From NCBI GenBank assembly GCA_964016885.1, contig OZ024740.1, positions 29,202,001-29,266,000 of the forward strand: DNA of 64,000 nucleotides, given 5' to 3'. Under the pieces are notes generated by a model. It was given only the letters and a program-made list of their open reading frames with translations. It was not told the DNA's origin and searched no databases. The stretch's first letter is position 1; every line of letters begins with the position of its first letter. Origin of the DNA: Eledone cirrhosa (taxonomy: Eukaryota). Position numbers and translations under genes: made by a program. This document shows, in pieces, positions 55,798-64,000 of the stretch.

Positions 55798-58675
55798 CTT
55801 TCTTTTTATTTGCCACCAGGGCATCAAAAGTGGGACAAGCACAAAGGGAGGAGTTTACATGCAAAGGCGTCCTCAATATGGAGAAGGCAATAACAAGATA
55901 TAAAAGTATAAAAATAAAATAAAATATAACAAAATAAATTTTGTAACAAAATCCTCAATAGGGAAGTGGCGCCTTGGGGGGTCGCACACACCCCCGAAAA
56001 AAGTGTGCAACCCTTCTCCTCAGGAGCACAGAGAGGGGGTGCTCCCTTGGTCTTTCATCTTCCTCACCTATAGTCTGATGTAGAGTGAAGGCCCATTCAC
56101 ACGGGCCATTCTCGCACTTTCACCCATCTTTCATAAAAACGGCTGGGGTGCAGCACATCTCTCTCGATCCTGATCCTTCTTCCGAAATGATATCGGAAGA
56201 AACGGACCAGTTGTTGGCCAGAGAGAAAGGTGTCTGACCTCAGTCCTTTCAGACGCGTCCACCATACAACCTCTTTCGCCATGGCTATTACGCACAGAAA
56301 CACGGCCTCTCCTTCGTTTTTGAAGAGGGGAGGCGGCTTGATCGTTACAATAGACTCGGTGGTCAACCGGATCGGTCACACCCTAGACAGCAGTTGTTCG
56401 ACATAGCCCCACAGATCGGCAATGCCCGAGCAGTGTACCAATGCATGTGCAACGGTTTCCTCGTCGCACACGCATCTGGGACAGATCTTTTTCGAGGGGT
56501 CCCTAGCCGGGCGCCCGTGTCTGTAGAGCCTTTCTCGAACGGGCAGAGCCCTTCTGTAGCACTGCCAGGCCAGGGACCTCTGGAAGTTATCCATGGGTCC
56601 CGGGCTAAATGTCCTACCGAACAGGTTGTCCAGTTCGTCTTCCTCCATGCCTAGGGCTTCTCCGAGGGGGTCGTCGCACCTGCTAACCACCAGCCCTCTA
56701 TAGAATGACGAGGTGGATTCTCCACTGACAGCCGGGTCCGCCTGCCAGAGAGCCGTGAGCGCCTGGGCACACTCGGTGTGCCAGGCGCCCAGTTTTCCCG
56801 GTCTTTGCTTGACCCAGGATTGCAGCTCGGTGAGTGAGACGAGTCTGGGAAAGGCTCGCCTCACAAACGGGGCCCACACCGGTTGACCGGTGAGGAATAC
56901 CTGGAGGTGCCGTAGCCTTAATGCGTGATTACGTATCATTAGCCACGGCATCCCCAGCCCTCCTTTCGAAGGGTGTTGACAGCAGATGGATCTCCTCACC
57001 ATAGGATCCCGCTTCTTCCAAAGGAATTGGAAGAGTGCGCGCTCCATTTTGGCGAGCGTTTCCCTTGGGCAAGACACAACGGTCAGGCGGTAGTAGATGA
57101 CGGACGCAATATAAGTGTTCGCCACCTCCGCCCGACCTTTCAGGGACAGTTTGCACTCGGCCCACTTCTGGGTCAGTGCAAACACCCTGTTCGTTACCTC
57201 ACCCCAGTTCTTCTCCACCTGGAAGTCTGGTCCGAACCAGACGCCGAGCAACTTAACCGGGCTCTCCGTCCAGCGCCCGACGACGCCATCGGAGGGTATC
57301 GATCTGCCCCTCCACGTGCCGAGTTGCAGACCGATCGACTTGTCCCGGTTCAGCTTAGCCCCTGCAAACCTTTCGTACTCCTCCAGTAAGGTGCCGATCG
57401 CCCCGATTTCCGAGGCCCTCGACACCATTACTGTTACGGCGTCGGCGTAGGCCGACACCGCTTTCCGCAATCCCGGTTCCAACGGGATGCCCTGCAACAA
57501 CTCCAACTTCCGCAGCAGTGGCTCTAGAGTCATTACATACAGAAGGGAGGAGAGAGGGCACCCTTGTCGGATGGACCACGCGATTTGGAACGGCTCCGAG
57601 AGGTAGCCGTTCACCTTCACCCTAGAGCAGATGCGGCTGCTGTGCATGGCATTGATCCAGCCCCTGAAAACGGGTCCGAAGCCTTCCGCCGCTAGCACCG
57701 CATCCAGGTAACCATGATCGACCCTATCGAACGCCTTAGATTGATCCAAGTTGATCAGGGCCCCACCAAAGCCGGGTTCGTTCCCAACCCTCTCTATGAT
57801 GTATTGCATGAGGTGGAGGTTGTCGTGGATGGACCTGGACGGGATAGCACATGTCTGCGCATCTCCCACCAGGTTGCCCACGACAAGCGCCAACCTCTTT
57901 GCTAGCACCTTGACCAAAAATCTGTAACTCTGTATTTAGCATAGTTATGGGCCTGAAATTATTTATATCGTCCCCCTTGTTCTCGTCCTTCCTCACTAGC
58001 GTGACTACGCCCTTGCTAACAGCACAGGGAATTCTCCAGTTCTGTTGCCAGTTGCAGTAGACCGCCTCGAGGAGATCGGCGAACAAGTCCGGCATAGCTA
58101 GATATAGTTCGTATGGAAGACCATCGAGACTCGGGGATTTGCGTTTGCCGCATTGGCTCAGCACGTCCTCTATCTCAGCGGCTGAAATCGGCTCCTCGCA
58201 GGACTTCGCCTTCCTGTCCGAGGGACGCGGCAGGCCGTCGAGGTATGGACCGAAGTCCACATCCCCAACCGGCTCCCCGCCCCTTCCGAACAATCCGGCA
58301 ATGTGCTTTTGAAAAGCCTCGCACATTTGCTTAGGTTCAAGGATCACCCGTCAATCCTGGTCTCGCAAAGACCGGATAGTGAATCTGCTCCCTCTTTTGC
58401 TTCTGTCACGCGGGCCCAGCTAACAGCTTTGGTCCCCTCGTTTCCCAGAGCACGTATTTTGCTTTGGACGATGCAGCCTTCGTGTTTCGCGTCGAAGAAC
58501 TGGCCCATGGGCGTTCTCGACGCTAGCACTCTGGCCACGTCGCTGCTTCTAATTGCCTCTTCTACATTATCTACCAACTCCCTTTCCTTCCTATTTCTAT
58601 TTGAGGCTAACTCCTTACTAAATTCTATAGAGACTACTCTAATCTCTCTTTTGAGAGATCCCCACCACCTGCTGT
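55798..58675 (-). mobile_element. Tx1-group LINE, 5'-truncated (copy D), RT and C-terminal CCHC retained
   Basis: 513-aa ORF with LDQSKAFDRVDH, RQGCPLS, AYADAVT, GGLGMP and CPRCVCDEETVAHALVHC. TAGATAGATAGATAGATAA on both sides. Confidence 0.96.
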
Positions 58676-58834
58676 TAGATAGATAGATAGATAATGTCTC
58701 GTGTCGGAAATATCGTGGCATATTTAAACTGAAAACTTAGAAACCTTGAACGAAGAGAGAATAATGGAATGACATAAATAAACAATCAAACAATAAAATG
58801 AAGAAAAGAAAGAAAGAGGATGTGAAATAATAGA

Positions 58835-60520
58835 GGAATGAAGGAGAAAAGGATGAAGATAAAACATAGGAATAATAAAGAAATGAAAGGAGAAAACGAT
58901 GAAGATAAAACATATAGAAATAATAAATCGAATAAAAGGAGAAAACGATGAAGATAAAACAGAAAAAATAAAGAAATGAAAGGAGAAAACGATGAAGATA
59001 AAACATAGAAATAATAAATCGAATAAAAGGAGAAAACGATGAGAATAAAACATAGAAATAATAAATGGAATGAAAGGAGAAAACGATGAAGATAAAACAT
59101 AGAAATAATAAATGGAATTAAAGGAGAAAACGATGAAGATAAAACATAGAAATAATAAAGAAATGAAAGGAGAAAACGATGAAGATAAAACATAGAAATA
59201 ATAAATGGAATGAAAGGAGAAAACGATGAAGATAAAACATAGAAATAATAAATCGAATAAAAGGAGAAAACGATGAAGATAAAACATAGAAATAATAAAG
59301 AAATGAAAGGAGAAAACGATGAAGATAAACCATAGAAATAGTAAATGGAATTAAAGGAGAAAACGATGAAGATAAAACATAGAAATAATAAATCGAATAA
59401 AAGGAGAAAACGATGAAGATAAAACATAGAGATAATAAATGGAATGAAAGGAGAAAACGATGAAGATAAAACATAGAAATAATAAATGGAATGAAAGGAG
59501 AAAACGATGAAGATAAAACATAGAAATAATAAATCGAATAAAAGGAGAAAACGATGAAGATAAACCATAGAAATAATAAAGAAATGAAAGGAGAAAACGA
59601 TGAAGATAAAACATAGAAATAATAAATCGAATAAAAGGAGAAAACGATGAAGATAAAACATAGAAATAATAAAGAAATGAAAGGAGAAAACGATGAAGAT
59701 AAAACATAGAAATAATAAATGGAATGAAAGGAGAAAACGATGAAGATAAAACATAGAAATAATAAATCGAATAAAAGGAGAAAACGATGAAGATAAAACA
59801 TAGAAATAATAAAGAAATGAAAGGAGAAAACGATGAAGATAAACCATAGAAATAGTAAATGGAATTAAAGGAGAAAACGATGAAGATAAAACATAGAAAT
59901 AATAAATCGAATAAAAGGAGAAAACGATGAAGATAAAACATAGAGATAATAAATGGAATGAAAGGAGAAAACGATGAAGATAAAACATAGAAATAATAAA
60001 TGGAATGAAAGGAGAAAACGATGAAGATAAAACATAGAAATAATAAATCGAATAAAAGGAGAAAACGATGAAGATAAACCATAGAAATAATAAAGAAATG
60101 AAAGGAGAAAACGATGAAGATAAACCATAAAAGTAATAAATCGAATGAAAGGAGAAAACGATGAAGATAAAACATAGAAATAATAAATCGAATGAAAGGA
60201 GAAAACGATGAAGATAAAACAGAAATAATAAATCGAATGAAAGGAGAAAACGATGAAGATAAAACATAGAAATAATAAATGGAATGAAAGGAGAAAACGA
60301 TGAAGATAAAACATAGAAATAATAAATGGAATGAAAGGAGAAAACGATGAAGATAAAACATAGAAATAATAAATGGAATAAAAGGAGAAAACGATGAAGA
60401 TAAAACATAGAAATAATAAAGAAATGAAAGGAGAAAACGATGAAGATGAACCATAGAAGTAATACATCGAATGAAAGGAGAAAACGATGAAGATAAACCA
60501 CAGAAATAATAAATGGAATG
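58835..60520. repeat. 46/47-bp satellite (AAAGGAGAAAACGATGAAGATAAAACATAGAAATAATAAA + TGGAATG/TCGAATA/GAAATG) with an 11-unit higher-order repeat
   Basis: About 36 tandem units. The rare variant aatagtaaatggaatta recurs 514 bp apart. Confidence 0.97.
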
Positions 60521-60694
60521 GGAGTTGGAAAGAAGAAAATAATTTATTTCCCTTTTGTTGTAATTGTTGAGTTTGTCATAATTTCACATCTACACAGGAA
60601 CTGAACATAACATTTTGGTATGTATATATATGGTTGTATAGTTGCATGTATCTATATATATAAGTATGTATGTATATATGTATATATATGTATA

Positions 60695-61570
60695 TATGGA
60701 GAGTTGGTTAAAGGAAAAGGACCGCCACATAAACCAAAAAAGAGGTATAAGGATTCCTTGAAAGCCTCTCTGAAAGACGCTAACATCTCTGCTGATACAT
60801 GGGAAAATATTGCTGCTGATCGTAATAAATGGAGAAAGACTGTATATGAGGGAAAAGTTGCCTTTGAGGCATCTAGAATCGCATACGAGAAAGTAAAGCG
60901 GGATGTGAGGAAGGGCATTGCTGTTGCACTTCCAGACGGAGAGGGTCCTCCTATGGTGCTGACATGCAGCGTCTGTGCGAGACTGCCTAAGCAAAGCTGG
61001 ACTCGAAAGTCATCTTCGCAGTCATAAAGTAAGACCAGTGGTTGACTACCAGGTTGCTGTTGGAGATGCTACTCATCATGCTTGCCAAACATATGGTAGA
61101 GAATGTAAATCAACAGGAGGGCTCAAGCGACATGCAAAAGTACACGAACTCCAACCACAGCGGACTATTCCCAGTGAATGTTTTGGTTGCCGACTCTGTG
61201 CAAGACATTTTAGATCATTGGCTGGGCTAAAAAGCCACATTCGATCACAGCGCTGTTAGTTGCTATCGTGTGTGTGTGTGGGTATAGATATGTTTATGTG
61301 TGTGCGTGTATGTGTATATATATATGTATATGTATATTATTATTGTTGTTGTCGTTATTATTATTGTTATTATTATTATTATTATTGTTATTAATGTATA
61401 TGTGTGTGTGTATGTGTGTGTGTGTATATATGTACATGTATATGTGTATATATATATATATAAATATATATTTCTTTTTTTATTTTTTTATTTTTATTTT
61501 TTATTTATTTATTAATTTTTTTTTCCTCCTCGTGCAATGGCCATACTTGATAACGAGGGGGAAGCCATCA
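60695..61570 (+). mobile_element. RTE-clade LINE 3' fragment with C-terminal C2H2-type zinc fingers
   Basis: YGELVKGK...KPKKRYKDSLK...WENIAADRNKWRK, then three finger-like units. 3' end tggccatacttgataacgaggggaagccatcat followed by (GTAT)n. Confidence 0.85.
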
Positions 61571-61692
61571 TGTATGTATGTATGCATGCATGCAAGCATG
61601 TTTGTATGTATGTATGTATGTATGTATGTATGTATGTATGTATGTATGTATGTATGTATGTATGCATGTAAGTATGTATGTATGTATGTATT

Positions 61693-62105
61693 CCGGGAGA
61701 GATGACCCCTTAGCCTTTGTCAAGGCAGAATTCTAGGAGAAGGAAAACTCTGATATAGCACCTGCAACCCTGATGGTATCCAATGATGTTGACGTGTTCT
61801 TCTTTTTGGTAAATATCATCTTGGTTAAGAGAGTGGGACTGGCTTTGTCCAGTGCCTTTGCTCACTATAAAGGCTTCACGGCACAGGCATTGCTTTATAT
61901 CTGGAGATCTCTCTGCACTTGTCATCACAGGGTACAATGGGCCCAGCACTATGTGTCAGTAATTGTCACAAGTGTAGTGTTTGTACCAAAGTTTTCAAGT
62001 CGCTGGCTGGACTAAAAAGTCACACTCGTTCAGCGCATCGGTAAGGGTTCTCCTACATGGATATAAAGTAGTGGCCGTACTCGAAAACGAGTTGGCAGCC
62101 ACCAT
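61693..62105 (+). mobile_element. Non-autonomous RTE-derived element, 5'-truncated copy
   Basis: Near-identical direct repeat of 62308-62720. Encodes [22 protein letters not shown]. Confidence 0.75.
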
Positions 62106-62119
62106 ATGTATATATATCA

Positions 62120-62720
62120 CCAGTTGGTGCTACTGGTAACATGTATCCCAGTACAACCTGTCCCATGGTCGGGTCGTTGGCGACTAAACTGGCAACTCCA
62201 CCAAGGTTTCCTGGTGAGGAGGGTGACTTTGGACATCCTGCAGGACTAAAAACAAAACCTGTCAAAGGGCAAAGGAGCTCTTAAGAGTCAATGGCCATCC
62301 AAAATCCCCGGGAGAGATGACCCCTTAGCCTTTGTAAAGGCAGAATTCTAGGAGAAGGAAAACTCTGATATAACACCTGCAACCCTGATGGTATCAAATG
62401 ATGTTGACTTGTTCTTCTTTTTGGTAAATATCATCTTGGTTAAGAGAGTGGGACTGGCTTTGTGCAGTGCCTTTGCTCACTATAAAAGCTTCACGGCACA
62501 GGCATTGCTTTATATCTGGAGATCTCTCTGAACTTGTCGTCACATGGTACCATGGGCCCAGCACTATGTGTCAATAATTGTCACAAGTGTAGTGTTTGTA
62601 CCAGAGTTTTCAAGTCGCTGGCTGGACTAAAAAGTCACACTTGTTCAGCGCATCGGTAGGGGTTCTCCTACATGGATATAAAGTAGTGGCCGTACTCGAA
62701 AACGAGTTGGCAGCCACCAT
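62120..62720 (+). mobile_element. Non-autonomous RTE-derived element, ~600 bp (5' UTR-like part fused to an RTE 3' end)
   Basis: ggagaaggaaaactctgat (RTE 5' UTR-like) plus the terminal zinc finger and gtggccgtactcgaaaacgagttggcagccaccat end. Followed by a TATG-type tail. Confidence 0.7.
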
Positions 62721-63230
62721 GTATATATGTATATATATATGTATGTATATATGTATATATGTATGGCTGTATAGTTGCATGTGTGTATGTATATAAGTAT
62801 GTATGCATATATGTATATATATGTATGTATTTATATATGGTTGTATAGTTGCATGTGGGTATGTATATAAGTATGTATGTATATATGTATATATATGTAT
62901 GTGTATATATATGGCTGTATAGTTGCATGTGGGTATGTATATAAGTATGTGTGCATATATGTATATATGATGTATGTATTTATATATGGTTTTATAGTTG
63001 CATGTATGTATATAAATATGGATGCTTATATGTATATATATATATATGTATGTATATATATATATGGTTGAATAGTTACATGTGTGTATGTATGTAAGTA
63101 TGTATGCATATTTGTATGTATATATATGTATGTATATATATATATGTATGTATATATGTATATATATATATATATATGTTGTATAATTGCATGTATGTAT
63201 GTATGTAAGTATGTAAGTATATATATATAT

Positions 63231-63413
63231 ATATTGTTATACTTTGGGAGGGTCATGTTGCCAATAAGAAACACACGCACCAAATGCTTTCACTCCAATT
63301 TATTATAAATTAAAAATTCTTATTGGCAACATGAACCTCCCAAAATATAACAATATCGGTTTCAACACACGTTTTCAGATAAAGAATCTTGTTAAACAAA
63401 TTCAGAAACGAAA
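63231..63413. mobile_element. Miniature fold-back copy of the Penelope element ends
   Basis: 63231-63310 matches 35071-35150 and 63317-63413 matches 39529-39625. (TA)n on both sides. Confidence 0.9.
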
Positions 63414-63428
63414 TATATATATATATAT

Positions 63429-63804
63429 ATAAATTAATAAAAATAATGAATAAAAACAAAGAAACAGTTCCTTATATTAAAAAATTCATCATTTTACGAT
63501 CGTTTCTAGGATATATATGTGTGGGTTGGTATGTATATCATATTGATGTATGTAAAATTTTTACAAACTATCAGAGGGAATATACATACCTACACATATA
63601 TATGCTGTCTTCAGAAATAATAATTATTTCTGAAGACAGCAGTAGGTATGTATATTCCCTCTGATAGTTTGTAAAAATTTTACATAGATCTATATGATAT
63701 ACATACCAACACACATATATATCCTAGAAACGATCGTAAAATGATGAATTTTTTTATATAAGGAACTGATTCTTTGTTTTTATTCATAATGTTTATTAAT
63801 TTAT
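63429..63804. repeat. ~375-bp near-perfect palindrome
   Basis: Centre tgctgtcttcagaaataat-a-attatttctgaagacagca (63603-63641). The arms pair out to ataaattaataaa / tttattaatttat. Confidence 0.95.
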
Positions 63805-63896
63805 CTTGACTCTGTTTTCCTGTGTTTTTCATGATATTTGGATTACATTGAGTTCTTCATACGGATTGGACACTACCGTATATTTTGGTAGATTTA

Positions 63897-63934
<38 letters not shown>

Positions 63935-64000
63935 ATTATATAAATATATATATATGGTTGAATAGTCGCATGTATGTAAGTATGTAACTATGTATGTAAG

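Noticed and set aside
58724-60501. Phe/Ile-rich membrane-like ORFs, and a CRISPR-like look of constant repeat plus variable cassette
   Set aside because: It is a 47-bp satellite. The variable parts are only 6-7 nt and recur, there are no unique spacers or cas genes, and the context is eukaryotic.
60975-61259. Host C2H2 zinc-finger gene exon
   Set aside because: Contiguous with an RTE ORF C-terminus and RTE-type 3' end, and frameshifted.

Overview
Eukaryotic, repeat-saturated window with no recognisable host protein-coding gene. The SINE families and microsatellite load look like an octopus/cephalopod genome, but that is an inference from recall. About 27 kb is satellite or low-complexity DNA: an AAC/ACC array, a GT-rich ~41/53-bp array, a 19-bp array and a 47-bp array with a higher-order repeat. 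The rest is mostly decayed retroelements. These are five copies of one Tx1/L1-group LINE, a near full-length RTE LINE nested in one of them, a Penelope-like (probably Naiad-type) element with an inverted terminal repeat and hammerhead-like motifs, CRE-clade fragments, RTE/CR1 fragments, SINEs and mariner-type ends. Main signals: (1) all Tx1 copies lie in the same orientation inside (GATA)n microsatellites, one with an exact 19-bp target-site duplication, which suggests a (GATA)n/(TATC)n-specific retrotransposon. (2) Three fold-back insertions share the layout (TA)n - inverted arm - direct arm - short tail - (TA)n; two are clearly Penelope-derived and one only possibly. (3) The Penelope ORF has an in-frame TGA just before the DKS motif, a possible selenocysteine codon. 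The long ORFs in the satellites are compositional artefacts.
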